DNA of 64,000 nucleotides from Longimicrobiales bacterium (GCA_965249725.1 CBDFMQ010000001.1:288001-352000); one strand, 5' to 3'; positions 1-10,343 are shown, numbered from the stretch's first letter. Notes: a model not told the origin generated them from the sequence alone. Numbers and translations: made by a program.

Positions 1-867
1 AGGATCGGGTTGAGCGTCCGTTCCGAAGAGGATCTATGGCTCGCCGAGTGCGATCCGGTACAAGTCGAGCAGGTTATCTTCAACCTCATCTTGAATGCCA
101 AGGACGCGATGCCGCGGGGTGGTGAGATCACGATCGGATGCATCAACGCCGAAGTCTATTCGCCTCTGGCCGTCGAGGGCGGTTTCCTGCCCGCAGGCAG
201 GTACGTTCACCTCATGGTAGCCGACACCGGATCGGGGATTACGAGTGAGGATCGAGAGCGGATGTTCGATCGTCACTACACAACGAAGCGGGGACGTGGG
301 GCCGGGTTTGGACTCTGGACCGTGCACCGGATCGTGCAGAGCTCCGGGGGAGGACTGGTCGTCGAGAGCGATGGGACCGAGGGTTCCACGTTCCACGTCT
401 ACTTCCCATGCGAGGGGGTCTCCGTGATGCCACTCGAAGAGGGCCCGGCATCGGAGCCGCAGGAGCTGGGTCAGGGACTTCGCATTCTCATCGTTGATGA
501 CGACGACCTGGTCGGTGGGGTTCTCGAGCGGTCTCTCGTCCGGGAGGGTCACTCCGTGGTCGTGGCGAAGTCGTTGGCCGAGTGGATTCCCACGCTCGAG
601 GGTCCCAATCCCGCCTTCAATTTGCTCATCGTCGACCTGGGCCGACTCGAGGAAGGTGGCGGCCAGGAGGTACTGACGCATCAACTCGTTTCCTTCCCTG
701 TGATCTTCACGTCGCGACTGGGTGAGCGGGCGTTGGACCGGCATGAGGGTCTTCGCCAGAGGGGTGTCTTCCTCCCGAAGCCGGTCGAGCCCGTCGTTCT
801 CCGTGAGGCTATCACTGATGCGACCCGATGGCATTCAGGCGCCCAGCACCGAGAGGCGTCCGGCTAG
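1..867 (+). CDS. Hybrid sensor histidine kinase/response regulator, C-terminal part (5' partial)
   Basis: HATPase motifs (QVIFNLILNAKDAM, DTGSGI, GAGFGL) followed by a receiver domain (ILIVDDDD...DLG...LPKP); frame open to the window edge. Confidence 0.85.
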   Translation, partial: RIGLSVRSEEDLWLAECDPVQVEQVIFNLILNAKDAMPRGGEITIGCINAEVYSPLAVEGGFLPAGRYVHLMVADTGSGITSEDRERMFDRHYTTKRGRGAGFGLWTVHRIVQSSGGGLVVESDGTEGSTFHVYFPCEGVSVMPLEEGPASEPQELGQGLRILIVDDDDLVGGVLERSLVREGHSVVVAKSLAEWIPTLEGPNPAFNLLIVDLGRLEEGGGQEVLTHQLVSFPVIFTSRLGERALDRHEGLRQRGVFLPKPVEPVVLREAITDATRWHSGAQHREASG

Positions 868-1326
868 GTGACGGAAAAACCGGCTGATGAGGGCCGTCCC
901 GAGGTCACCGATCGTGGACTGCTCATTTCCCACCTTCACGACCAGTTCTGGTCGGACGAGTACTACCGGGCGGCGGGATATGTGAGACGGTGGGTCCAAG
1001 AGTGCGGGGCTACCTGGGCCGGAGAGTTGTTCGCCGCCCTCGAGAGGCTGGAAGATCTTCCCGAAGTGGAGCAGTCCACCGTTCGTGAGACGAACGCGGC
1101 GCGAAGGCTCATCAAGTCGTACTTCCGCAAGGCCCAGTAGCTCTGCTCCCGCGGGCTGTTGGAGGCCGAAGACCTGCGCGAGTACCTGACCATGCCGCAG
1201 CGTATCAAGACGCTATTCCTGATCATCGAGCCCTTCGAGCAGGCCCGCGATCCCGAATACAACCGCGAGATGTTCGACTTCTTCGACGAGCTTCACGCCG
1301 GGCAGTTGGAGCGGCCGGCTCGATAG
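868..1326 (+). pseudogene. Hypothetical protein interrupted by an in-frame TAG at 1138-1140
   Basis: GTG start right after the upstream stop; the same frame continues with genome-typical codons (LCSRGLLEAEDLREYL...ERPAR) to TAG 1324-1326. Confidence 0.55.
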
Positions 1327-1360
1327 TTCCCAGGTCCGGCGGTTCCCGAGGTCTGTCGTC

Positions 1361-1588
1361 GCGCCGCCCGCTGCGCTGGACGTCCGGTACGGCACAGGGC
1401 ACGTCGTGCTCATCGGATTCCGGCCCCAGTGGCGCGGACAGCCGTTCGGCACCTTCAGGGTCCTCTTCAACTCGGTGTTGTTCTCGGGAGAAGTAGCCGG
1501 GGGCGCTACGGGCACGGACGGATTCTGGGAGGCGCCGGAGGAGGATGATGAGGTCGATGAGCCCGCTCCGGAGATCCACGGTCGCTGA
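1361..1588 (+). pseudogene. C-terminal remnant resembling secreted M14-type metallopeptidases
   Basis: AALDVRYGTGHVVLIGFRPQWRGQPFGTFRVLFNSVLF resembles the conserved C-terminus of that family; no N-terminal part present. Confidence 0.5.
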
Positions 1589-1664
1589 GCGAGACACTGG
1601 CAAACCCGCCCGCCATCCCCTAATAATCAGTTCTCGATATACCGCCTTGCAGAGGAGTTGTACC

Positions 1665-2807
1665 ATGGATCGCAGAGGATTCCTGAGAGCCGGCGCGCTG
1701 GCTTCTGTCGCCACCGCTTCCGGAGGCCCGTTGGCCGCAGAGACGAACCGCCTTTCGGCGTTTCTGTCGGCTCGGCCACACCTGGCTCCGGATGGCTCCC
1801 TTCGCTTGAATGCGAACGAGAACCCCATGGGCCTGTCGAAGGTGGCGCGCGAGGCGGTGATCGAGGCGATCACCTTGGCCAACCGTTACACGGACAACTG
1901 GGAGGCGGACCTCTTCCCGGCCATCGCGGCCAAGGTGGACGTGGCCCCCGAGAACGTGTTCACCGGAGGGGGCTCGAGCGAGATCCTCCAGGCCGCAATC
2001 CAGGCGTTGTCCTCTCCGAACATGCCCCTGATCATGGCCGAGCCGACGTTCGAGGACGCGCTCGACTACTCGTACAACCATCCGTACAACCTCATCAAGG
2101 TGCCCCTGGACTTCCGGTACGCCCACGATCTGGCACGGATGAGGGAGGCGACGAAGCGCGCGCGGCGGCCTTCGGTGGTCTACATCTGCAACCCAAACAA
2201 CCCCACCGCTACGCTCACGCCGAGTTCCGAGATCGATGCCTGGGTTCAGGACGCCCCGGAGTCGGTCTTTTTCATCATCGACGAGGCCTATTTCGAGCTG
2301 GTGGAAGAGCCCGGCTACTGGACCGCGATCAAGTGGGTCCACGACCGGCCCAACGTGCTGGTGACCCGGACCTTCTCCAAGATCTACGGCATGGCCGGCC
2401 TCCGCTTAGGGTACGGCATCGCTCATCCCTCCACCGCTGAGCGATTCAGAGCCTTCATCGCCCAGGGCAGCCGCAACATGATGGGCATTCAGGCCGGCCT
2501 CGCGAGCCTCAAGGACGAGGAACACGTCGAGCGCACCCTGGCCATGAACAACCAGTCCCGGCAGATCGTGCAGGATACGCTCGATGAGCTCGGGCTGGGA
2601 TACCTGCCGAGCTACACAAACTTCCTGATGCACGAGATCAATGGTGACCCGGAGACGTACATCGAGCGTTTCCATATGGAGGGTATCGCCGTGGGTCGGG
2701 TGTTCCCGCCCATGACGGATTACGCGCGCATCTCCTTCGGGCTTCCCGAGGACATGGGGCGTTGGTCCGACACTCTGCGCTCCTTCCGGTCTAGAGGCTG
2801 GGTCTAG
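1665..2807 (+). CDS. Tat-signal PLP-dependent aminotransferase, HisC-like (class I/II)
   Basis: AGAGGAG RBS; MDRRGFL twin-Arg signal; LNANENP, CNPNNPT, DEAY, RTFSKIYGMAGLRLGY (PLP lysine). Confidence 0.85.
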   Translation: MDRRGFLRAGALASVATASGGPLAAETNRLSAFLSARPHLAPDGSLRLNANENPMGLSKVAREAVIEAITLANRYTDNWEADLFPAIAAKVDVAPENVFTGGGSSEILQAAIQALSSPNMPLIMAEPTFEDALDYSYNHPYNLIKVPLDFRYAHDLARMREATKRARRPSVVYICNPNNPTATLTPSSEIDAWVQDAPESVFFIIDEAYFELVEEPGYWTAIKWVHDRPNVLVTRTFSKIYGMAGLRLGYGIAHPSTAERFRAFIAQGSRNMMGIQAGLASLKDEEHVERTLAMNNQSRQIVQDTLDELGLGYLPSYTNFLMHEINGDPETYIERFHMEGIAVGRVFPPMTDYARISFGLPEDMGRWSDTLRSFRSRGWV

Positions 2808-2812
2808 CCACG

Positions 2813-3751
2813 ATGACCGGACGCATATGGACTTCGTCTTTGGGGGCGGCGGCCTGCGCGGCCGCCGTTCTACTTTCGGTCACACCCACGCTCGGACAGA
2901 CGGCCCGTGAGGGGCCGGATCTGGCCAACTGGTTCACGGGCCTCACGGCCGTCAGCGGGTATGAAGCGACCTTCGCTCTCGTTCTCGAGGACCTGGTGCC
3001 CGGTGCCGAGCGTGATCGGGCCGGCAGTGTGGTGTCGGTCTTGGGATCCGGGAATCCCCGCCGTCTCGTAGCATGCCCGATGGACGAGTGGGGTTACGTC
3101 GTGGGCGGAATCCGGGATGATGGTTGGCTCACGCTCCGTAGGGTCGGAGGCGGCGCTCCTTGGATCTTCGACCAATCGCATGAGGGCCACCGTGTAACGG
3201 TCTGGGGCGATCAGGGACCCGTCGCCGGCGTCATGGCGGTACGGTCGACCCATCTCGCCCGGGAGCGGCCCACGTCGATGAACGCGTTCACGGTGGACGA
3301 CGCCTACGTGGACGTGGGAGCCAGCTCCGGGGAAGAGGCCCGGGGTATCGGGATCGACATGGTCAACCCCGTGACGATGCTGAAGACCCCCGTCGAGTAC
3401 GGCGACAGCCTGTTGGCCGGCCCGGAGTCCGGTCAGCGGGGATCGTGCGCCGCCCTCGCCAGGGCGGTCATGAACCGGCCGAATGCTCGAGGCACCGTGG
3501 TAGCGGCCTTCGTGGTAGAGAGCCACATCCGTCACCGGGGATTGATGACCGTCGCGAATGCGCTTGGCCCCTTCGAACAGACGCTCCTGCTGGATTATCC
3601 GCGGATGGGGAACTTCGCCGACGTGCTCGGTTCGGTGGAGACGCGGGGTCTGGCGACCCGGTACGACGGCTGGCCCGTGGAGACCATCGATCTGCGAGAG
3701 GTTCGGTCGTTGACGCGGAGCCTGGAGTCGTGGATCGGGGGTGGGAGATGA
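2813..3751 (+). CDS. Secreted M42 peptidase-like protein with degenerate active site
   Basis: Signal peptide; AVSGYE, ACPMDE (in place of AHMDE), YVDVGA; no DDR, EEIG or YSHS motif. Confidence 0.65.
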   Translation: MTGRIWTSSLGAAACAAAVLLSVTPTLGQTAREGPDLANWFTGLTAVSGYEATFALVLEDLVPGAERDRAGSVVSVLGSGNPRRLVACPMDEWGYVVGGIRDDGWLTLRRVGGGAPWIFDQSHEGHRVTVWGDQGPVAGVMAVRSTHLARERPTSMNAFTVDDAYVDVGASSGEEARGIGIDMVNPVTMLKTPVEYGDSLLAGPESGQRGSCAALARAVMNRPNARGTVVAAFVVESHIRHRGLMTVANALGPFEQTLLLDYPRMGNFADVLGSVETRGLATRYDGWPVETIDLREVRSLTRSLESWIGGGR

Positions 3752-4863
3752 GGGGCGTGTCCATGGGACGGTGGGCGGCTTGGGCCCCCCTACTCATCCT
3801 CGCGCTAGCGGCCGGGCCCATCCATGCCCAGGTGAGTCAGCAGCGGATCGAGAACGCGGCTCGGCTTCTGGAAGATCTCGTGGAGACGTACGGCGTCTCC
3901 GGCGACGAGGGTGAGGTCCGGAAGGAAGTACTCGATGCCCTGCCGGACTGGGCGGACCCCGATGTGGACTCGGCGGGCAACGTCTGGGTTCGCGTGGGCC
4001 AAGGTGAGCCGGTGTCGGTGTTCATCGCGCATATGGATGAGACGGGATTCCAGGTCACCGAGATCGGTGACGACGGACTGCTCACCGTGCGGGGTCGTGG
4101 CGGCTTCCTGTCCTCGTTGTGGGAGGGCACGCCAGCCATCGTTCACCAGGAGGACGAGCCCATAAACGGGGTCTTCGTTCCCAGAGAGGACACCAGCGAA
4201 CCGCGCCGAGCCGCATCAGGCATTCCCACGCACGTCGACGTGGGGGCCCGATCTCGGGCCGAAGCGGAGGCCATGGGTATCGAGGTTGGCCAGACGGTCA
4301 CCAACCCCAAGGAGTTCGTCCGATTGGCCGGGACCCGCGCAACGGGTCGGTCCTTCGATGATCGAGTGGGCACCGTTGCCCAGATTCTGGCGCTCCAGGA
4401 GCTGGACCCTGCCGCCGCCCAGCACGAGTTCGTCTTCCTCTGGGTCGTCGAGGAGGAGATCGGCTTGGTCGGAAGTGCCTATGCGGCGCGTACGCTCGGC
4501 TTCGAGGCCGATCGCGTCTATCCGGTCGATACGTTCGTCTCGGCGGACACGCCCATCGATCCGCAAAACTTTGCGGTGGCGCCCATCGGCAGGGGACCCG
4601 TTGCGCGGGCCGTAGACAACTCTTCGGTGACGCCTCCGGCGGTGCTCGATTCCCTCGTGTCGGTCGTGCGGGCGCGGGGCCTGCCCTTCCAGGTGGGCAC
4701 CACGAATGGGGGCAATGACGGATCGGCCTGGGCGGCGTGGGGTGTCGTGGACATCCCGTTCGGCTGGCCTCTGCGTTACTCCCACTCTCCGATCGAAGTC
4801 ATCGATCTCAAGGATGTGGTGACGCTCTCGGATTGGATTCGGGCGATCGTCGAGTCCTGGTAG
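3748..4863 (+). CDS. Secreted M42 family (TET-like) aminopeptidase
   Basis: ATGA overlap with the upstream gene; signal peptide; GVSGDE, AHMDE, FDDRVG, EEEIGLVG, GGNDG, RYSHSPIE. Confidence 0.85.
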   Translation: MRGVSMGRWAAWAPLLILALAAGPIHAQVSQQRIENAARLLEDLVETYGVSGDEGEVRKEVLDALPDWADPDVDSAGNVWVRVGQGEPVSVFIAHMDETGFQVTEIGDDGLLTVRGRGGFLSSLWEGTPAIVHQEDEPINGVFVPREDTSEPRRAASGIPTHVDVGARSRAEAEAMGIEVGQTVTNPKEFVRLAGTRATGRSFDDRVGTVAQILALQELDPAAAQHEFVFLWVVEEEIGLVGSAYAARTLGFEADRVYPVDTFVSADTPIDPQNFAVAPIGRGPVARAVDNSSVTPPAVLDSLVSVVRARGLPFQVGTTNGGNDGSAWAAWGVVDIPFGWPLRYSHSPIEVIDLKDVVTLSDWIRAIVESW

Positions 4864-4909
4864 GACTCAGTCCGAGGGTGGTTCGCCGTGCGCCGTCCGC
4901 AGCCTCTGC

Positions 4910-5096
4910 AGGCGTTAAGGAGGCGGCGTTCGAGGATCTCGGTGCGGAGCACCTGTGGCTCGATGTCTACGACTTCAACGAGCGGGCCCAAGCGGTATAT
5001 GAGGCCGAGGGGTTCGTCACGGAGCGGTCGCGGCCCGCCACGGAGGCCGGTTGTGCCGAAGGGACCGCCTACGTCATGGGGATCGTGAAGGGCTAA
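4910..5096 (+). pseudogene. C-terminal fragment of a GNAT acetyltransferase
   Basis: AFEDLGAEHLWLDVYDFNERAQAVYEAEGFVTE is GNAT motif B; N-terminal half missing. Confidence 0.55.
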
Positions 5097-5157
5097 AGGA
5101 CTAGCTCTTGGGCGACCCCACTCGGTCGGTGCACGCATCCACCATCTTCATGCACCC

Positions 5158-7053
5158 TCATGGAACGATGATGATCGGCCGTGCCACGACCATGGGCTCG
5201 CGACCGGCGAGCTCGATTTCCACCGTGAGGGTATACTCTCCGGGCTCCAGGTCTGGCAAGTTCAGCTGGACGGCACGGAACACCGTGCCGAGCACGTCGG
5301 GGCCGGCATCTTCGTAGGTCATGACCACGGGTGCGTCGGGCTCCAGCACCCGCAGGAACGCGCCGAGCCTTCGGAGCAGGCCTTCGCCCCCCTGGTCCAC
5401 ACCGATGCGTACGCTGGCGGACTCGCCGATGCGGAGTCCGTACAGCTCCCACGCGATCTTGAAGGCTTCTCCCGCGCGGATGCGCGTGGCCGCCATCGCG
5501 GTTGGAAGAGCCTCATCCAGAGTCTCCGGGAGCTCTCCGCCGCCTTTGAGGATCAGCAGGTCCGAGACGGCAGCCAAGCCGAGAACGATGTCGTCTTGCC
5601 AGAGGCCGTGCCGGTCCCTCCACGCTTGCTTGGCATCCTCGCTGAAGGCTTCCACGCCGACGATGTATCGACCGTTGTCGACCTGGAGTTGGAAGGCCCC
5701 TTCGGGGCCCTCACCGAGTACTTCGTGTCGATCCCCGTCCTCTGTGTCGATCAAGAAGAGCCCCGAGCGGATCGGGCCGTCCGGCTCGGGTTCGGCGGCT
5801 ACCATCGGCTGGGGTGTCTCGACGCGCTGTCCGAAGGGGTTCAGCCTCGCCTGCCGGTCTCCTCGGCTCTCGTTCCGTGGGGCGCCCTGGTTTACGACTC
5901 GCGGATTCCGATTCGTGTTCGCGCGACGCTCGTCGACCGGCGGGACATCTTCGACTGCCGGGGCAAAGGCCCCGACCACAAGAAGCGAGTCGCCCCTTCT
6001 GAAGCGGGCCACCTGAGTCTCGAGCGGATCGAAGTCCGGAGCATATGGAGGCGCATAGCCCGTCCACGGCCGGATCTCACCGATCGTCCAGTCTCCCGGC
6101 GCGACCTCTGCCGGATCGACCAGGCCTTCCCGGGGCGGAAGGAACTCTTTGCTCTTGGGATGATGCCGGCCCACGATCGTGCGCGTGTCCTGCAGTCCCT
6201 GTCCCACGAGTCCCTTGATGCGCTCCCAGGCCCTCTCCGCTCCGTAGCGGAGCGTGAGCTGCTCGATGTCGTCCCCCCATGCTACTCCGTACGCGTTCTC
6301 CGAGCCTTCGCGCATCCGGATCAGCACTTGCCGTGCGTACTGCTCTGTCTTTCTGTCGTTGCCCTCGACCATGTAAAGCGGATCGGACAGGAGCCAAAGC
6401 CGTTCCTCGGCAGCTTCCTTGTCCTCCGATTCTTCGTAGATCTCCATGGCGCCGGGATCGAGCAGGTATGTCGGTGTGCGGAAGAGCTCCGCTTCTTCGG
6501 GGGACATCTGCTGGATCGCTCGGTCGAAGATCTCCGCGGCGAAGACGTGGTCTCCCTGTGAGTGCTTCACGTAGCCGAACAGGGCCGTGCACCACCACTG
6601 CTCCCCGCTGCAACGGCGGATCAGGTTCTCGGCCGCCGACCAGTTGCCGACCTCACCCATGTAGTAGACGCGCTGGCCCAGCACCCACGAGTCACCCGGA
6701 ATCTCCTGTCCGATCTCCGCGAGGTCCTTCAGAACCTGCACCCGTGCCATGCCGAACTCGACCGGCTCTTCGGGCACCTGCCACTCATCGTCGTCCTCAC
6801 CGTTGCCGAAGCGAAGGCAGAAGCGTCCGACGAGGTCGTCGCAGCCACGCCCGCCATAGGTGGGCAGCTCGGGCGGAATCCGTTGCTCGCGATACCGCTC
6901 GAACTTCGCCTGGATCTCCTTGGCCTGGGCCAGAAGGTCGAGGGAATCCGGATTGGCCTCTTGGCCGGACAGACTGTTGGGAGCGGCTGGAACGAGGCCC
7001 ACCAGGACGGTGGCAAGGACAAGAATTCCAAGTGGGGTGCTGAGACGTGACAC
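5158..7053 (-). CDS. Secreted hypothetical protein (helical/TPR-like N-half, beta-rich C-terminal domain)
   Basis: AGGAG RBS plus GTG at 7053; signal peptide; long ORF with typical codon bias. Confidence 0.7.
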   Translation of the reverse strand: MSRLSTPLGILVLATVLVGLVPAAPNSLSGQEANPDSLDLLAQAKEIQAKFERYREQRIPPELPTYGGRGCDDLVGRFCLRFGNGEDDDEWQVPEEPVEFGMARVQVLKDLAEIGQEIPGDSWVLGQRVYYMGEVGNWSAAENLIRRCSGEQWWCTALFGYVKHSQGDHVFAAEIFDRAIQQMSPEEAELFRTPTYLLDPGAMEIYEESEDKEAAEERLWLLSDPLYMVEGNDRKTEQYARQVLIRMREGSENAYGVAWGDDIEQLTLRYGAERAWERIKGLVGQGLQDTRTIVGRHHPKSKEFLPPREGLVDPAEVAPGDWTIGEIRPWTGYAPPYAPDFDPLETQVARFRRGDSLLVVGAFAPAVEDVPPVDERRANTNRNPRVVNQGAPRNESRGDRQARLNPFGQRVETPQPMVAAEPEPDGPIRSGLFLIDTEDGDRHEVLGEGPEGAFQLQVDNGRYIVGVEAFSEDAKQAWRDRHGLWQDDIVLGLAAVSDLLILKGGGELPETLDEALPTAMAATRIRAGEAFKIAWELYGLRIGESASVRIGVDQGGEGLLRRLGAFLRVLEPDAPVVMTYEDAGPDVLGTVFRAVQLNLPDLEPGEYTLTVEIELAGREPMVVARPIIIVP

Positions 7054-7220
7054 AGATGTTCTCCTGAGGTGACGGGTACCCGAGCAAACGGCTCCGTTAA
7101 GGGATGATACGCCCGAGTCCCTCTCGCAATACACGGACCCACCCGAGCGGATCCAGAAGGGCTTGTGCCGGGGGGCGGGATGGAGGAGTATGCAACAATT
7201 CATCTCAGGTGGGATCCGTC

Positions 7221-10200
7221 ATGGCAAATACCCTGCCTGCCCTCCCCCTCGTCGGACGGTCCGAGGAGCTCAGTTTTCTCGGGTCTGCCCTGGCCAACGC
7301 AGCTTCTGACGCCGGCGGAGCCGTCTTCCTGAGGGGAGCCACGGGCATCGGCAAGTCCCGCCTCGCGGTCGCCGCGACCGAAGAGGCGCACCGGCTCGGT
7401 TTCCTGACCGTGCGGGGGCAGGCGTACAGGGTCGAAACGGGCGTCCCGTACGGGTTGTGGTCCAACGCTTTCCTGCCGGTTGTCCGCGAGATGGACGCCT
7501 CGGCCCTCACGGTACTCACGCGGGGTGGGGAGGAGGAACTCGCACGGGTCGTGCCTGCCCTCGGCATCGGAGGTGATGAGTCCTCGGCATCGACGGCGGG
7601 AGAGTCGGGTGAGCTTCAAACGCGGATTCACTGGAACTTCACCGAGTTCCTGCGCCGCTTGGGGGAGAAGAGACCGGTGCTCGTCGTGCTCGACGACGTC
7701 CATTGGAGTGATCCCTCGGGTCTCGATCTGCTCCACTTCGCCACCCGTCATCTCGCCGACTCATCGGTTCTGGTGGTGTGCACGTACAACGTCGAGAGGA
7801 AGGCTGAGAACGCCGGCTTCGAGGCCATGGAGGGCGCTCTCGTGTCGGTACACAATGCCGCGGCCCTGGACGTCTCCCCCATTTCGGCTGAGGCGACAGG
7901 CGAGCTCGTCCGACGGGTCTTCGAGGTTGAGGCCGGGGTTTCGGATGGGCTGTCGACCCGCGTCCACGCTCGGACCGGAGGCAATCCTCACTTCATCGGC
8001 GAAATCCTGAATGCACTCGTGGATGCGGGGAGCCTCTATCAACGTGACGGTACCTGGTTGGGGTGGGAGGTCGATGGTGTGGAGCTGCCGGATTCCGTCA
8101 CGGGGGCGGTGACCGCTCGGATCGGTGAGCTGTCTACTGAGGCCACTCAGATCGCTCATGTGCTGGCGGTGGCGGGCTCGAGTGCGACCTATGCGCTGCT
8201 TCGCGAAGTCACGGGACTCGAGGAGGACCCGTTCCTGGCCGGCGTCGATGAACTCCGTGCCAAGCAGCTCGTGGAAGAGTCGGCGGAAGGGAGCACGATC
8301 GTCTATCGCTTCTCTCATCCGCTCGTGCAGGAGGTGCTCTATGGTGACCTCGGCCTCGCGCGCGCCCGGAGCCTCCACCGCGGGATCGGTGAGGCGCTGG
8401 AGCGGGGTGTGGGCGGTTCGGGCGACGACCGTACGCACCAACTGGCCTATCACTTCTCGCGCGCCGGTACACATGACACGCGGGTTCTCGAGTATCTGTC
8501 GGCGGCCGGGCGAGAGGCCCTGTCTCGGAGAGCGGATCGTGAGGCGGTGGCTTTCCTGGGGGACGCGCTGGCTCTGGTTGGCGGGGGAGACGGCGGCGAG
8601 CCGGACCAGGGGTTCGACGTGTTGTCACTTCAGGAGGATATGGCCCGGGCCCTCCAGCGCGCCGGAGACTATGGAGGTGCCGCGGAGCACTGGCAGGCCG
8701 CGTTGAGCTTGGCCCTCGAGAGCGGAGAGGACGCGAGGGCCGGACGTCTCTACGGGCGAATCGGCCAAGGCGCGTATTTCAGGGGCCAGTACGACGATGC
8801 TCTCGATGCGTACGAAACAGGCCTGGAGCGGGCGATCGCGTCAGGCGACCCCGTCGTCGAAGCTCACCTGCGGCTCCATAAGGGAAATGCGCTGCAGTCT
8901 GAGGGCAGAGCGAAGGAAGCCCAGGCCGAGATGGAGGCGGCTCTGGAGCTGGCGAGATCGGTGTCGGACCCCGGCCTCCTGGCTCGAGTGCATCGAGGGC
9001 TGATGATCCTCTACACCTGGCTGGGTGATCCCGAGAAAGTTCGCGAGCACGGCAGCGAGGCCATTCCGCTCTCGCAGGCTGCGGGTGACGCGCACGTTAC
9101 GTACTGGGTCTACTGGCAGCTTGCCGTGCTTGAGGGGTTCCTGGGCGACACCGAGACGATGGATGCGCACATCCACCGGTGCCAGGAGTTGGCCGAGGAA
9201 CTCCGGTCACCGGTGCTCGAGCTCTGGACGGCAGAGATCTTCATCGAGCACGCGGCGGCGGCGGGTCGTTGGGACACGGGGATCGCCCTGGGTGAACGAG
9301 CCGTCGCCAAGGCGAGGGTGCTCGGGCAGGACGCCCTATTACCTCGGCTGCTCGTGTTCCTCTCGCTGATCTACTTCGGCCGGGGAGAGATCGAGCGAGG
9401 CAAGGAGTGCGTGGATGAGGCCTGGAGGCTGTCGGGCGCAGAAGGCGGGGACACGCTTCGGGTGCACCTGGTGCTCCCCGCGCACATCGGCAAGGCGGCC
9501 TGTCACGTAGCCGAAGGCGAGTACGAGGAGGCGATCCGGGTCGGGGAGCAGGGCCTCTCCATTGCAGAGAACTCGGGGTTTGTCGTGTGGGCCGTCCACC
9601 GTCTCCTACCCCTGATCGCGGAGGCCTACCTCGAACTGGACGACGCGCCGGGTGCCGCCCACATCGAGCAGCGCTTGAATCGCTACGGAAAGCGCATGGG
9701 CAATCGCCTGGCAATGGCTTGGAGCAAGGCGTTCGAGGGCATCAAGGTGTGGCACGCAGGCGACGTTGCGGCGTCGACGGTTCTGCTGGCGGAGGCCGCA
9801 GACGAGCTGGAGGCCGTACCCATGGTGTTCGACGGCGCTCGTGTACGCCGGCAACTCGCCGGGCGACTGGCCGATCTTGGGGACCGAGACGGGGCCCTAC
9901 GTGAGCTTCGGCACGTGCACGGCGCCTTTCTGAAGATGAAGGCCGAGGGGGAGTTCCAGAAAACCAGGGACATGTTCCGAGAGTTGGACGTGCGCCCACC
10001 GAGCCGGTCGGCCGGTACAGGGGCCGGGGGCCTTACTCAGCGTGAGCTCGAGATTGCCCGGCTCGTGGCGATGGGCAGATCCGACAAGGCGGTCGCCAAG
10101 GAGCTGGAGATCGCCCGACGCACGGTCAGCACGCATCTCTCCAACATCTATCGGAAGCTGGAACTCGGCTCCAGGGGTGAGCTTGCCGCCTACGTCACCG

Positions 10201-10235
10201 AGCACAACCTCCTGGAGCGCGGGCAGGCGGGCTGA
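7221..10235 (+). CDS. Large ATP-binding LuxR-family regulator (AAA ATPase + TPR + LuxR HTH)
   Basis: LVGRSEEL, Walker A GATGIGKS, VLDDVHWSD, TGGNPHF; C-terminal LTQRELEIARLVAMGRSDKAVAKEL...HLSNIYRKL. Confidence 0.9.
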   Translation: MANTLPALPLVGRSEELSFLGSALANAASDAGGAVFLRGATGIGKSRLAVAATEEAHRLGFLTVRGQAYRVETGVPYGLWSNAFLPVVREMDASALTVLTRGGEEELARVVPALGIGGDESSASTAGESGELQTRIHWNFTEFLRRLGEKRPVLVVLDDVHWSDPSGLDLLHFATRHLADSSVLVVCTYNVERKAENAGFEAMEGALVSVHNAAALDVSPISAEATGELVRRVFEVEAGVSDGLSTRVHARTGGNPHFIGEILNALVDAGSLYQRDGTWLGWEVDGVELPDSVTGAVTARIGELSTEATQIAHVLAVAGSSATYALLREVTGLEEDPFLAGVDELRAKQLVEESAEGSTIVYRFSHPLVQEVLYGDLGLARARSLHRGIGEALERGVGGSGDDRTHQLAYHFSRAGTHDTRVLEYLSAAGREALSRRADREAVAFLGDALALVGGGDGGEPDQGFDVLSLQEDMARALQRAGDYGGAAEHWQAALSLALESGEDARAGRLYGRIGQGAYFRGQYDDALDAYETGLERAIASGDPVVEAHLRLHKGNALQSEGRAKEAQAEMEAALELARSVSDPGLLARVHRGLMILYTWLGDPEKVREHGSEAIPLSQAAGDAHVTYWVYWQLAVLEGFLGDTETMDAHIHRCQELAEELRSPVLELWTAEIFIEHAAAAGRWDTGIALGERAVAKARVLGQDALLPRLLVFLSLIYFGRGEIERGKECVDEAWRLSGAEGGDTLRVHLVLPAHIGKAACHVAEGEYEEAIRVGEQGLSIAENSGFVVWAVHRLLPLIAEAYLELDDAPGAAHIEQRLNRYGKRMGNRLAMAWSKAFEGIKVWHAGDVAASTVLLAEAADELEAVPMVFDGARVRRQLAGRLADLGDRDGALRELRHVHGAFLKMKAEGEFQKTRDMFRELDVRPPSRSAGTGAGGLTQRELEIARLVAMGRSDKAVAKELEIARRTVSTHLSNIYRKLELGSRGELAAYVTEHNLLERGQAG

Positions 10236-10287
10236 GCCGCCAAGGCGCGATCGCGGCCCCCACGCCTTTGGAAATTCACCCAGCGAA

Positions 10288-10316
10288 ACGCCCCGACCGA
10301 AGGCCGGTCGGGGCGT
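10288..10316. terminator. Hairpin between convergent genes
   Basis: ACGCCCCGACCG-aaggc-CGGTCGGGGCGT stem-loop. Confidence 0.6.
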
Positions 10317-10343
10317 CCATACTCCGTGGCCGCTTAGCGTGCC

